A stretch of 63,954 nt of DNA, counting the filler, from an uncultured Acidimicrobiia bacterium (lineage in GTDB: Bacteria; Actinomycetota; Acidimicrobiia; Spongiisociales; JAOTWH01), in NCBI GenBank assembly GCA_964347285.1. It is 4 parts of 4 records of this genome, joined end to end, with 100 filler letters (N's around TTAATTAATTAA, not from the genome) between each part and the next. Parts side by side here need not be neighbours in the genome. Positions count along the whole stretch, not along the records: positions 1 to 17,054 come from CAYFYE010000056.1; positions 17,155 to 34,083 come from CAYFYE010000057.1; 2 more parts are not named here. One strand, given 5' to 3'. The position numbers and the translations under genes were made by a program. Below, piece after piece: positions 10,049-21,190 of the stretch; position 1 is the first letter of the stretch, and the number at the start of each line of letters is the position of its first letter. The notes beneath the pieces were generated by a model. It was not told the DNA's origin and did not search any database. It worked only from the letters and a program-made list of their open reading frames with translations.

Positions 10049-11416
10049 ATGGCCGATCCCACCAAGGTGATGTTGGACGAGGCGGAGATACCCACCCAGT
10101 GGTACAACATCATCCCCGACCTGCCGGAGCCGCCTCCGCCGGTGCTGCATCCCGGCACCCACCAGCCGGTGGGGCCCGACGATCTGGCGCCGCTGTTTCC
10201 GATGCAACTGATCGGACAGGAGGTCAGCCAGGACTCCTATGTGGACATACCCGGCGAGGTGCTCGACATCTACCGGATGTGGCGGCCCAGCCCCCTGTAC
10301 CGGGCCCGGAGGCTCGAGCGGCTGCTCGATACGCCGGCCAGGATCTATTACAAGTACGAAGGCGTCAGCCCGGCCGGGTCGCACAAGCCCAACACGTCCG
10401 TGCCTCAGGCCTTCTACAACGCCCAGGAGGGCGCCAAGAAGCTGACCACCGAGACCGGCGCCGGGCAGTGGGGCTCGGCTCTGGCCTTCGCCTGCGCCCA
10501 GTTCGGCCTGGAGTGCGAGGTGTGGCAGGTGCGCGCTTCGTACGACCAGAAGCCGGACCGCAAGATCATGATGGCCGTCTGGGGCGCCACCGTGCATCCC
10601 AGCCCCTCAGATGTCACCGAGGCGGGCCGCAAGATCCTGGCCGAGGATCCCGACAGCCCCGGCAGCCTCGGCATCGCAATCTCCGAGGCGGTCGAGGTGG
10701 CCGCCCAGGATCCCGACACCAAGTACTCGCTGGGGTCAGTGCTCAACCACGTGCTGCTACACCAGACGGTCATCGGTGAGGAGGCCCTGCTCCAGTTCCG
10801 GAAGATCGGCGAGATGCCCGACTTGTTGGTGGGGTGCACCGGGGGCGGGTCAAACTTCTCGGGGCTGTCGTTCCCGTTCCTACGGGAGAAGCTGGCCGGC
10901 AAGATCGATCCGACCATCCGCTGCGTCGAGCCGGCCGCCTGTCCCTCGCTCACCAAGGGGGAATACCGCTACGACTTCGGCGACACGATCGGCATGACCC
11001 CGCTGGTCAAGATGCACACGCTCGGGCACGACTTCGTGCCCGATCCCATCCATGCCGGCGGGCTCCGCTATCACGGCATGGCGCCACTGGTCTCTCACAT
11101 CTACGAGCTGGGCCTCGTGGAGGCGGAGGCCATCCACCAGAACGAGTGCTTCGACGCCGCGGTGAAGTTTGCCCGCACCGAGGGCATCGTTCCGGCTCCT
11201 GAGCCGACCCATGCCATCGCCGCCGCCATTCGGGAGGCGAACCGGTGCAAGGAATCCGGCGAGGAGAAGGTGATCCTGACCGCCCTGTGCGGCCACGGCC
11301 ACTTCGATCTCAAGTCGTACGAGATCTACTTGGCCGGTGAGCTGGTCGATTACGACTATCCGGAGGACAAGGTGGCGGCGGCCATGGAGCAGGTGCCGGT
11401 GGTGGCCGGCGCCTGA
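10049..11416 (+). CDS. trpB: TrpB2-type tryptophan synthase beta-like PLP enzyme
   Basis: [33 protein letters not shown] and [10 protein letters not shown]. No trpA next to it. Confidence 0.93.
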   Translation: MADPTKVMLDEAEIPTQWYNIIPDLPEPPPPVLHPGTHQPVGPDDLAPLFPMQLIGQEVSQDSYVDIPGEVLDIYRMWRPSPLYRARRLERLLDTPARIYYKYEGVSPAGSHKPNTSVPQAFYNAQEGAKKLTTETGAGQWGSALAFACAQFGLECEVWQVRASYDQKPDRKIMMAVWGATVHPSPSDVTEAGRKILAEDPDSPGSLGIAISEAVEVAAQDPDTKYSLGSVLNHVLLHQTVIGEEALLQFRKIGEMPDLLVGCTGGGSNFSGLSFPFLREKLAGKIDPTIRCVEPAACPSLTKGEYRYDFGDTIGMTPLVKMHTLGHDFVPDPIHAGGLRYHGMAPLVSHIYELGLVEAEAIHQNECFDAAVKFARTEGIVPAPEPTHAIAAAIREANRCKESGEEKVILTALCGHGHFDLKSYEIYLAGELVDYDYPEDKVAAAMEQVPVVAGA

Positions 11417-11436
11417 GCCGGTTCGGCGGAAGGGCG

Positions 11437-12957
<1,521 letters not shown>

Positions 12958-13016
12958 AATCTCCTCCCCCGGAGTGTCCTGTCGCGTCGTTGGTGCGACG
13001 GGTTGGCATTGAACAG

Positions 13017-13066
13017 CACCTTCCTCCCCCCCCGGAGGGGAGGTGGCTCGCAGGGCCGGAGGGGGT
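13017..13066. repeat. REP-like palindromic element between convergent genes, possibly a terminator
   Basis: CCTCCCC...GGGGAGG stem followed by TGGCTCGCAGGGCCGGAGGGGG. A partial copy lies at about 12963-12974. Confidence 0.45.
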
Positions 13067-13089
13067 GCGACCGCCCGACGCGTCCGACG

Positions 13090-14262
13090 CTACTCCCCGG
13101 CGGCCCCCGCCAGTTCACGGGCGATGATCTCCAGCTGGAGGTCGGAGGCGCCCTCGTAGATGCGGGGGGCCCGCACCTCTCGATAGAGGTGCTCGAGGGG
13201 GTGGCCCCGCTGGAGGGCGACGGCTCCGTGCAGCTGGACGGCATCGTCCACGACCGATTGGGCGGCCTCGGTGGCCTCCAGCTTGGCGGCCGAGGAACGA
13301 AACGGGAGGCGGTCGTCGCCGCGGTCGTAGGCCACGGCAGCGTCGTAGACGGCGAGCCGGGCCGTGTGGGTCGCCACGGCCATGGCGGCCAGCTTGTGTG
13401 CCACCGTTTGGAGGCTCCGCAACGTCCCGCCGAAGGCCTCGCGTTGATCGACGTGGCGCTGGGTCAGCTCCACCGCCGCCTGGGCCATGCCTACCGCGAA
13501 GGCGCCCACGCTGGGGCGGAACCGGGTGAGGGTGCCCAGTGCCACTCGAAACCCATGGTCGACGTCGCCGAGGATGTGGTCGGCGGGCACCGCAACTCCG
13601 TCGAGGACGAGGCTTCCCACCGGGTGGGGGGAGAGCAAGTCGAGCGATTGGCCGGTCAGCCCCGGGGAGTCGCCCGGCACCACGAACGCCGTGACACCGA
13701 GCGCTCCTCGATCACCCGAGGTGCGGGCGAATACGACATAGACGTCGGCCTCGGGGGCGTTGGAGATCCACATCTTCTCCCCGGTGAGCCGGTAGTCGTC
13801 CCCGTCGCGCACGGCTTCGGTGGACAGCGCAGCAGCGTCGGAGCCGGCCCCCGGCTCGCTGAGGGCGAAGGCGGGTACCGCCTCTCCGGCGGCGACCGGG
13901 GGGATCCACGTTGCGGCCAGTTCGGGGCGGCCGGCTTCCAAGATCGGATAGGCACCGAGGCCTTGCATGGCGAGGGCGGTCTCGGCCTCGGTGGACTCGG
14001 TGGCTAGCGCCTCCCGCAGCAGGCACAGGTCGACCGCCGACACCCGGTCGGGCTGGGAGCCGCCCAGGTGTTCGGGAAACAGGCGGGGGAGCAGCCCGTG
14101 CTCGGCCAAGGCGGCCACCAGCGAGCGGTTCACTCGCCCCGGGATGCCGGCGGCGGCAGTCGGGACCAAATCGTCACGGGCCACCCGCCGGGCCGCGTCG
14201 TAACGAGCACGGTGCTCGTCGTCCAGTACCGCCGGCCAGGGGAGGGGGGCGATGGGGCTCAC
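13090..14262 (-). CDS. Acyl-CoA dehydrogenase (AbmD-like)
   Basis: FAL SEPGAGSD, GEKMWISNA, VQLHG and IYEGASD. GTG at 14262 overlaps the upstream stop. Confidence 0.92.
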   Translation of the reverse strand: MSPIAPLPWPAVLDDEHRARYDAARRVARDDLVPTAAAGIPGRVNRSLVAALAEHGLLPRLFPEHLGGSQPDRVSAVDLCLLREALATESTEAETALAMQGLGAYPILEAGRPELAATWIPPVAAGEAVPAFALSEPGAGSDAAALSTEAVRDGDDYRLTGEKMWISNAPEADVYVVFARTSGDRGALGVTAFVVPGDSPGLTGQSLDLLSPHPVGSLVLDGVAVPADHILGDVDHGFRVALGTLTRFRPSVGAFAVGMAQAAVELTQRHVDQREAFGGTLRSLQTVAHKLAAMAVATHTARLAVYDAAVAYDRGDDRLPFRSSAAKLEATEAAQSVVDDAVQLHGAVALQRGHPLEHLYREVRAPRIYEGASDLQLEIIARELAGAAGE

Positions 14263-16562
14263 TGTTCGCCGAGCCGCGTAGACGGGTCCTGTTCGCGGCG
14301 TCGAGCGGTGCGCCCCTTCAGATACTGGCTGGGCCAGGGGTGGCTCTGGTAGCCCTGATCGATGGCGGCGTTGAGCGTCCAGTACGGATCCACCAGATGG
14401 GCCCGGGCCAGCAGGCACAGATCGGCGCGGCCGGCGAGCAGGATCGTGTTGACGTCGTCGACCGAAGACACTGCGCCGACGGTCATCGTCGGTATGCCCA
14501 CCTCGTGACGGATCAGGTCGCTGAAGGGGGTCTGGTAGAGCCGGCCGTAAGAGGGGCTCTGGTCGGGATGGACCTGGCCGCTCGAGACGTCGATGATGTC
14601 GCAGCCGTGTTGGGCGAAGAGCCTGGCGAAGGCCACGGCGTCCTCGCCGGTGTTGCCGTCCTCGAACCAGTCGACGGCCGAGATCCGCACCGACATGGGT
14701 CGCTCGGCCGGCCACGCCTCCCGCGCCGCGTCGAAGACTTCGAGGGGCCAGCGAGCCCGCCCGGCGATGTCGCCGCCGTATTCGTCGGTCCGGCGGTTGG
14801 TCAACGGTGAGAGAAACGACGACAGCAGGTAGCCGTGGGCCATGTGCAGCTCCAGCAGGTCGAACCCCGCCTCGGCGGCCAGGCGGGTCGAATGCACGAA
14901 GTCGTCGCGAATACGATCCATGTCCTCTCGAGTCATCTCGCGGGGCACCTGGTTGTGCGGGCGCCAGGGGAGAGGGGAGGGGGCCACCAGCGGCCAGTTG
15001 CCGGAGTCGAGGGGCACGTCCTCGCCGTCTGCCTCCCAGGGGACCTTGACCGATCCCTTCCGGCCGGCATGTCCGAGCTGGATCCCGACGGCGGTCGGAG
15101 TGTTGGCGTGTACGAACTCGACGATGCGGGCCCACGCTTCCTGCTGCTCCCCGTTCCACAGCCCGGTGCATCCGGGGGTGATACGGGCGTCGGCGGTCGG
15201 GCAGGTCATCTCGGTCATCACCAACCCGGCGCCACCCACTGCCCGGCCGCCCAGGTGCACGAGATGCCAGTCGGTGGGCGTTCCGTCGATGGCGCAGTAC
15301 TGGGCCATGGGCGATACCCCCACCCGGTTGGCGAGTCGAAGGCCGCGAAGTACCAGTGGATAGAACATGGGCGGAGCCGCCGGGTCGACAGGGCGCACGG
15401 CGGGATCGGTCCGCTCGCGGAACCACACCAGGGTCCGGTCGACCAGGTCGGGATCGCGTATCGCCAGGTTGTCGTGGGTGATGCGCTGGCTGCGGGTCAA
15501 CAGCTGGAAGACGAACTGCTCGTCGTCGAGGTCGCGGTAGCGGTCGATGTTCTCGAACCATGCCTGGGAGGCGACGGCGGCGCGCTGCAGAGATTCCACC
15601 GCAGGCTTGCGGTCGTCCTGATACCTGTCGAGTGCCTCGGCGAGGTCGTCGTGGGCGGCGAGAGCGTCGGCCAGAGCGATGGCGTCCTCCATGGCCAGCT
15701 TGGTGCCGGAGCCGACCGAGAAGTGGGCGGAATGGGCGGCGTCGCCGATCAGCACCACGTTGCCGGCCCGCCAACGCTGGTTGGTGATGGTGGGGAACCG
15801 GAGCCACTTCGAGTTGTTTCCCACGAGACCGGCGCCGTCGAGGTACTTGGCGAACAGCTGCTCGCTGAATTCCAGAGCACGGGCATCGGTCTCTCCGGGG
15901 TGGTCGGCTTCACCCTCCGTTGCGTCGAGTCCGGCCCGTCTCCAGGTCTCTTCGGAGGTCTCCACGATCACCGTGCTCATGCGAGCCGAGTAGGGGTAGC
16001 AGTGCGCTTGGAACGGGCCGTGCTCGGTCTCCTCGAAGGCAAAGGTGAACGTCTCGAAATCGTGGGGGGTGCCGAACCAGGCATATCGGGCCGAACCCCA
16101 CTGAACAGCCGGCTCGAAGTCCTCGGCGAGTTGACTCCGCACGAGGCTGTTGATGCCGTCGGCGGCGATGACGAGATCGAGGGAACCGACGGACGAGAGA
16201 TCCTCGATCTCCCTGTTGAAATGGACCCGGGCTCCCAGCTCGAGGGCACGAGCGGTGAGGATCTGCAGGAGGCGGAGACGTCCGATGGCGCTGAAGCCGT
16301 GACCCGTGGATCGGGTGAGCCGACCGTTCCGGTGGATCTCGACGTCGGTCCAGTGGCGCATCTCCCGGGTGATGGCGCCGAGCGTCGGGGGGTCGGCGGC
16401 CCGCAGGTTGTCGAGCGTTTCGTCGGAGAAGACCACGCCGAAACCGAACGTGTCGTCGGGGCCGTTGCGCTCGTAGACGGTTACTTCGGCGAGATTGCGC
16501 TTCTGGAGCAGGATGGCGGCCAGCAGCCCTCCCGGACCGCCGCCGACGCAGGCGGCGCGCAC
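14259..16562 (-). CDS. abmA: Bifunctional anthraniloyl-CoA monooxygenase/reductase (salicylyl-CoA 5-hydroxylase family)
   Basis: N-terminal FAD monooxygenase (GGGPGG, TFGFGVVFS, GDAAHSAHFSVGSGTKLA) fused to an OYE-like domain (SPMAQY, HAGRKGS, HMAHGYLLSSFLSP). Confidence 0.92.
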   Translation of the reverse strand: MRAACVGGGPGGLLAAILLQKRNLAEVTVYERNGPDDTFGFGVVFSDETLDNLRAADPPTLGAITREMRHWTDVEIHRNGRLTRSTGHGFSAIGRLRLLQILTARALELGARVHFNREIEDLSSVGSLDLVIAADGINSLVRSQLAEDFEPAVQWGSARYAWFGTPHDFETFTFAFEETEHGPFQAHCYPYSARMSTVIVETSEETWRRAGLDATEGEADHPGETDARALEFSEQLFAKYLDGAGLVGNNSKWLRFPTITNQRWRAGNVVLIGDAAHSAHFSVGSGTKLAMEDAIALADALAAHDDLAEALDRYQDDRKPAVESLQRAAVASQAWFENIDRYRDLDDEQFVFQLLTRSQRITHDNLAIRDPDLVDRTLVWFRERTDPAVRPVDPAAPPMFYPLVLRGLRLANRVGVSPMAQYCAIDGTPTDWHLVHLGGRAVGGAGLVMTEMTCPTADARITPGCTGLWNGEQQEAWARIVEFVHANTPTAVGIQLGHAGRKGSVKVPWEADGEDVPLDSGNWPLVAPSPLPWRPHNQVPREMTREDMDRIRDDFVHSTRLAAEAGFDLLELHMAHGYLLSSFLSPLTNRRTDEYGGDIAGRARWPLEVFDAAREAWPAERPMSVRISAVDWFEDGNTGEDAVAFARLFAQHGCDIIDVSSGQVHPDQSPSYGRLYQTPFSDLIRHEVGIPTMTVGAVSSVDDVNTILLAGRADLCLLARAHLVDPYWTLNAAIDQGYQSHPWPSQYLKGRTARRREQDPSTRLGEQ

Positions 16563-17005
16563 TCTCGGCCCCTTCCGTAGCTGGGTCTCGATTCTACGAG
16601 CCGTATCGAAGGCCCAGTTGAGCTCGGTTACGCGGCAGCACCGCTCGCCCAGCATCGGGCGCCGCCGACGGAGGACGGAAATGGCCGAGGACGCCCGCGA
16701 AGGTCCGGGGCCTTCAAGCGAGGAGTCGAGCGCCGTCGAGCGTTATCTGGAGCGGCTGACGGCGGTCGAGCCCACCGATCGCTGGGTAGAGATGCCGGCA
16801 GCCATCGTGCTGGCCCCGGGCAGCGATCCGATCGGATGTCTGACGCAGGGCCGAGGGTCGCTCGTTCCCGGCGGCCAGCGCGAAGCACAAAGGAATGGGC
16901 AGGAGACAAGCCCCTTGGACCCCTCGCGGTCCTTCTCCGGTTCCCGGCGCCGTCGCATTCTGTTTGTCTCGTCACGGGTTTTTCGGAGCAGAGAATGGGT
17001 GTGGC

Positions 17006-17054
17006 ATATGTGTAGTTGACATATATGTATAACACATATATATTCGAGGTCATG
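17006..17054 (+). promoter_or_regulatory. Sigma70-type promoter with overlapping palindromic operators; the gene is lost at the contig end
   Basis: TTGACA(17016-21)-N17-TATATT(17039-44), then ATG at 17052. Perfect inverted repeat ATATATGT-N5-ACATATAT at 17021-17041. Confidence 0.75.
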
Positions 17055-17154
17055 NNNNNNNNNNNNNNNNNNNNNNNNNNNNNNNNNNNNNNNNNNNNTT
17101 AATTAATTAANNNNNNNNNNNNNNNNNNNNNNNNNNNNNNNNNNNNNNNNNNNN
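17055..17154. other. Artificial contig-join spacer
   Basis: N run, TTAATTAATTAA (stops in all six frames), N run; 100 nt in total. Confidence 0.99.
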
Positions 17155-17741
17155 CCGACAGCCAGTTCGTCTGGACCGGTTCAAGAAGCACCTTCCTGCC
17201 GGTGGCCGGGGTGTTCGCTGCCGTGACCGCCCCGGCCCCTACCCCTCCCGCCTCCCCGGTTTCCTTCGGGGATGGCACATGGGGGGTCGGTACGGACGTT
17301 CCCCAAGGCACGTATCGCAACAGCAATTCCGCAAACGGCTGCTACTGGGCGAGACTCAGTGGCTTCGGGGGAACCCTCGACGACGTCATCGCCAATTCGT
17401 TCGGATATGAGATCCAGATCGTCACCATCAAGCCGGGAGATGTCGGGTTCGAGACGGCGCGGTGCGGCACCTGGAGCAACGACCTTTCGCCGCGCACGAC
17501 TTCACCCACGGCCCCGTTCGGGGGCGGCACCTTCCTCGTCGGATCTGAGGTGGCCCCGGGCATCTGGCGCAACAGCGATTCGTCGGCCGACTGCTATTGG
17601 GAGCGCCTGAGCGGGTTCGGAGGCGAACTCGCCGACATCATCAGTAACGAGTTCTCCTCGGCCATTCAGACCGTCGAGATACAGGGCGGCGACGCCGGCT
17701 TCTACTCGGCCCGGTGCGGTACCTGGACCAAGGTGGGCTGA
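17155..17741 (+). CDS. Secreted or surface protein, 5' partial, with two GTxxVG..PGxY/W..CYWxRL repeats
   Basis: Tandem ~80-aa repeats with CYW and CGTW, as seen in actinobacterial exported proteins. Confidence 0.75.
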
Positions 17742-17913
17742 CCGGGCCACGCCGGTTGGCTTCTGAGCGCCGTTGTCCGGGGCGCACCGGGGATCCGTAG
17801 GAGGCCCCCGGCCGACCTGCTGCCCCTTGCTCCAGCGCCTCTCGCTTCGTCACGCCTGCGGTGACGACGAGGAGGACACTTCGAAGGGTTCGGGAAGGGC
17901 CGATCGGCACGGC

Positions 17914-18123
17914 GAGCTGGCGCGACGCCTGGCGGCCATCTTCCTTCCCGACGCCGAGGGCCACCGCCCCGTCTACGGGAGTCCGGGACCGTTCCCCGAC
18001 CGGCCCGACCTGGTGTGGTTCCACGAGTACTTCCACGGCGACACCGGTCTCGGGTTGGGAGCCTCCCATCAGACCGGCTGGACCGGCCTGGTGTCGGAGG
18101 TGCTGGGCCCGGCCCGGGGCTGA
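17914..18123 (+). pseudogene. C-terminal remnant of an MGH1-like (GH63) glycoside hydrolase
   Basis: [11 protein letters not shown]...[25 protein letters not shown] matches the family C-terminus. No room upstream for the remaining several hundred residues. Confidence 0.8.
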
Positions 18124-18183
18124 GCGTTCTGCTAATCGCCCCAATCGCTGGGCATGAGGGCGCTTCCAGAGCGCGATTCCCTA

Positions 18184-18247
18184 GGGCCATCTTGCCCCTC
18201 GAAAGGGAGCTTTTCCCATATACAAACCCGGTATCGAGGAGCACTAT
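18184..18247 (+). promoter_or_regulatory. Tandem DosR/DevR-like boxes and -10 of a leaderless promoter
   Basis: GGGCCATCTTGCCC (18184-97) and AGGGAGCTTTTCCC (18204-17) lie 20 bp apart. CACTAT at 18242-47, then 6 nt, then GTG. Confidence 0.45.
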
Positions 18248-18253
18248 GAAGGT

Positions 18254-18718
18254 GTGGAAACCGCTACGCGGCGCCGGCCCGGAACGGGCGTGTTGATCGC
18301 CGTCGGGGTGGTCCTGATCGGCGCGATCATCGGCGTTGCGGTGCTGCGGGAGCGCCGGGTCATCCATTACGAGCCGGGCACGCCGGAAGCCACCGCACAG
18401 GCGTACGTCCAGGCGCTCTTCGACCGGGACTTCGACCTCGCCCACGGATACCTGGCCCCCGAGCTCCAGGACGAATGCGGGCCGTATCAGATCGACTTCG
18501 ACTTCGACGAGGAATCGGCCGTCGCCACGTTCGGCCGGGTCCGGGTAGATGGCGACCGGGCCGTCATCGAGATCCGGCTCGCCGCGACGGACTACCGGCC
18601 CGAACCACTCTTCATCCACGAATACGAAACCGACATGCGGCTGGTCCTCGAACGGTACGACGACGAATGGCGCATCGTCGACACCGACTGGCCGCTCCAC
18701 AGCTGCGTCCCGAGGTGA
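18254..18718 (+). CDS. Membrane-anchored hypothetical protein (NTF2-like extracellular domain)
   Basis: N-terminal TM helix, then TPEATAQAYVQAL..D...A..YL and LER.DDEWRI. In an operon with the next gene. Confidence 0.75.
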   Translation: METATRRRPGTGVLIAVGVVLIGAIIGVAVLRERRVIHYEPGTPEATAQAYVQALFDRDFDLAHGYLAPELQDECGPYQIDFDFDEESAVATFGRVRVDGDRAVIEIRLAATDYRPEPLFIHEYETDMRLVLERYDDEWRIVDTDWPLHSCVPR

Positions 18719-18726
18719 GGTGAACC

Positions 18727-20421
18727 ATGCCATTCATTGGTCCTCTGCTTCCCCTGATCGTGCTGGGCATCATCATCTGGGCGATCGTGACGGCCACCAG
18801 AAAGCGCCGTGAAGTCGTGACTGAGCGCGGTGGCGCCACTTCGGCCCGGCGCCTGTTCCAGTACGCGATCGCCTATGCGGCGTTCGTGGTCGCCGCCACC
18901 GGCCTCTCCGGCCTCATCGGCAACCTCCTCTCCGATACGGTGGCCGAGCGGGGCTCTGAGCTGGCCGGCCCGCTGGCGATGACGATCGTCGGAGTTCCGG
19001 TCTTCTTCGCCCTCGCCAGGTGGATATGGCACACCCATGCCGCCGATCCCACCGAGCGAAACGGAGTGGGTTGGGCGCTGTACGTCAACCTGGCCCTCAT
19101 CACGGCACTGGCCGCGGCCATCGGATCGGCCTTCTCGACCGCCGCCGACCTCATCGACGCCGACTGGCGCAGCGCCGGCATCGCCGGGCTGGTCGTGTGG
19201 ACCGGGGGGTGGGCCGGGCATTGGCTGGCCTGGCGGCGCTTGCAGCCCGGTCTGCTGCCGCGGCTGCACCTGTGGGTCGGCTCGATCGCCGGCCTCGGGG
19301 TGACCGCCGTGTCGGCCGGCTTCGTCCTCACCGGCCTCGGCGAGCGGGTCCTCGACGCCGTGTCCAGCGGGGTCGCGGTGGCCCTCACCGGCGAGGACGT
19401 GGCGCTGGCCATCGCCGGTGTGGTGATCGGCGCATTGGTGTGGACGTGGTACTGGGCGCTCCACGGGCTCACCGCCGAGCGCAGCGAGGGCTGGTACGTC
19501 ACCGTGCTGCTGTTCGGCGTCCTCGGTGGACTGGCGGCGGCGGTGGCGGGCGCCGGCTACGGCCTCTATCTGGTGCTGGAGTGGTTCCTCGGCGAGCCGG
19601 GGACGACATCGACGGTCCGCCACTTCCAGGACCTGGCCGCTCCCCTGTCGGCCCTTGTGGTCGGCCTGGGCGTGTGGAGCTACCACCGGGCCGTCGTGGG
19701 GCCCAGTGCCGGGCGGGCCCGCACCGAGATCGACCGCATCTACGACTACCTGGTGGCCGGCGTCGGCCTGGCGACGCTGGCCGTCTCCCTGGCCGTGCTG
19801 GTGGTGGCCTTCTTCGACGCCGTCACCCCCGCCGCCGGGGAGGAAGGCTCGACCATCAACACGCTCCTCGCCGCCGTCACGCTCTTCGTGGTCGGCGCAC
19901 CGGTGTGGGCCATCACGTGGCGCCGGGTCCAGCACCTCGTGGCCACGGATGGTGAAGTCGAGATCGGCTCGCCGACGCGGCGCACCTATCTGTTCGCCAT
20001 CTTCGGGATCGGTGGAGCGGTGGCCTTCGGCGCCCTGATCGCGTGCCTGGTGCTGGTGTTCGAGGCGATCTTCGACGAGCGCACCGGCGAGGAATTGGCC
20101 CGGGACGTCGCCATTCCGGTGGCCCTGCTGATCACCGCTGCCGCCGGCGCCGCCTACCACTGGCTCGTGTACCGGGCCGAGCGCCCGGTAACGGAACGGG
20201 CGCCGCGTCGCGACGTCCTGCTGGTGGGCGACGGACCGGCCCTCGGCGCTGCGGTCGCCGAGCAGGCCCACGTTCGAGTCCGGACCCTCCATCGCCTCGA
20301 CCTCGCCGAAGGCGCCGCCTTCGACATCGAGGCGATCGTGCAGGCGATCGACCGCGCCGAGGGAGAGCACCTGCTCGTCCTGGCCGGCGACGACGAGGTG
20401 CGGGTGGTGCCGTACGAGTAG
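18727..20421 (+). CDS. Polytopic membrane protein, DUF5671-like repeats
   Basis: Repeated RR.Y.Y...TM...W..HW units and about 13 hydrophobic segments. Confidence 0.75.
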   Translation: MPFIGPLLPLIVLGIIIWAIVTATRKRREVVTERGGATSARRLFQYAIAYAAFVVAATGLSGLIGNLLSDTVAERGSELAGPLAMTIVGVPVFFALARWIWHTHAADPTERNGVGWALYVNLALITALAAAIGSAFSTAADLIDADWRSAGIAGLVVWTGGWAGHWLAWRRLQPGLLPRLHLWVGSIAGLGVTAVSAGFVLTGLGERVLDAVSSGVAVALTGEDVALAIAGVVIGALVWTWYWALHGLTAERSEGWYVTVLLFGVLGGLAAAVAGAGYGLYLVLEWFLGEPGTTSTVRHFQDLAAPLSALVVGLGVWSYHRAVVGPSAGRARTEIDRIYDYLVAGVGLATLAVSLAVLVVAFFDAVTPAAGEEGSTINTLLAAVTLFVVGAPVWAITWRRVQHLVATDGEVEIGSPTRRTYLFAIFGIGGAVAFGALIACLVLVFEAIFDERTGEELARDVAIPVALLITAAAGAAYHWLVYRAERPVTERAPRRDVLLVGDGPALGAAVAEQAHVRVRTLHRLDLAEGAAFDIEAIVQAIDRAEGEHLLVLAGDDEVRVVPYE

Positions 20422-20540
20422 CCGGGCGGGGCGACCGCCACCCGTAGGGTGGACCGGTCTCCGGGCCGTGCGGCCCCGAGGCTTCGACGACGCCCGTGGG
20501 GCCCGGCCTGTGAGCGAGCGGCTCGCCGATGCAGCGGCTG

Positions 20541-21077
20541 CTAAGCGGGAGCGGGGCTGATCGTGGCGATGTAGGGCAGGGTCCGATCCCGCTCCGCCCA
20601 GTCCAGGCCGTAGCCGACCACCCAGACGTTGGGAATGGTGAAGCCGAGGTAGTCGATGGAGACGTCCACTTCGAGGCGGTCGGGCTTCTGAAGCAGGGAG
20701 CAGGCCTTGAGCGATGCCGGCCGGCGGGCCTCGAGGGTGCGCATCAGATAGTCGAGGGTGTGCCCGGTATCGACGATGTCCTCGACCACGATCACGTGGG
20801 CGTCGACGATGTCGTGGCGCACGTCCATGATCAATCGCACTGCGCCGGTGGGATCCTGGCTTTCGCGGTCCCCGTAGCTGGACACGGCGATGAACTCGAT
20901 GCGACGGGGAATCGACAACCTTCGAGCCAGATCGGAGAGGAAGATGAACGATCCCTTGAGGACCCCGATCAGCACCACCTCGTCGACACCGGCGTAGTCC
21001 TCGTCGATGCGGGCCGCCAGCTCGTCCACCCGGGCCGAGATCACGTCGGCCGCAATGAGGGGTTCAGGAGCAGTCAT
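20541..21077 (-). CDS. hpt: Hypoxanthine phosphoribosyltransferase
   Basis: GVLKGSFIF, VVEDIVDTGHTL (PRPP motif) and VVGYGLD. Confidence 0.95.
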   Translation of the reverse strand: MTAPEPLIAADVISARVDELAARIDEDYAGVDEVVLIGVLKGSFIFLSDLARRLSIPRRIEFIAVSSYGDRESQDPTGAVRLIMDVRHDIVDAHVIVVEDIVDTGHTLDYLMRTLEARRPASLKACSLLQKPDRLEVDVSIDYLGFTIPNVWVVGYGLDWAERDRTLPYIATISPAPA

Positions 21078-21190
21078 CGTGCACCAGCCGCCTCTCTGAT
21101 CATGAGCGTACTCCCTCCCCATCGGGGGTATGGGACCAGGCGATTGGGACCGGGCGACCCCATGTAGCATCTGGATTCGGGCACTCCACC

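Noticed and set aside
13090..15807. 905-aa ORF and other long ORF-track entries (e.g. 42444-44936, 18592-20370, 21074-22894)
   Set aside because: High-GC shadow frames overlapping well-supported genes. Only the 3' parts of 13090-15807 and 42444-44936 are real.
16681..17019. Short ORF with GGAGG RBS (MAEDAREG...)
   Set aside because: No recognisable motif, and the second half looks non-coding. Possibly a remnant.
17055..17154. TTAATTAATTAA motif repeated three times at ~17-kb spacing
   Set aside because: Artificial contig linker. Gene neighbourhoods across these joins are meaningless.
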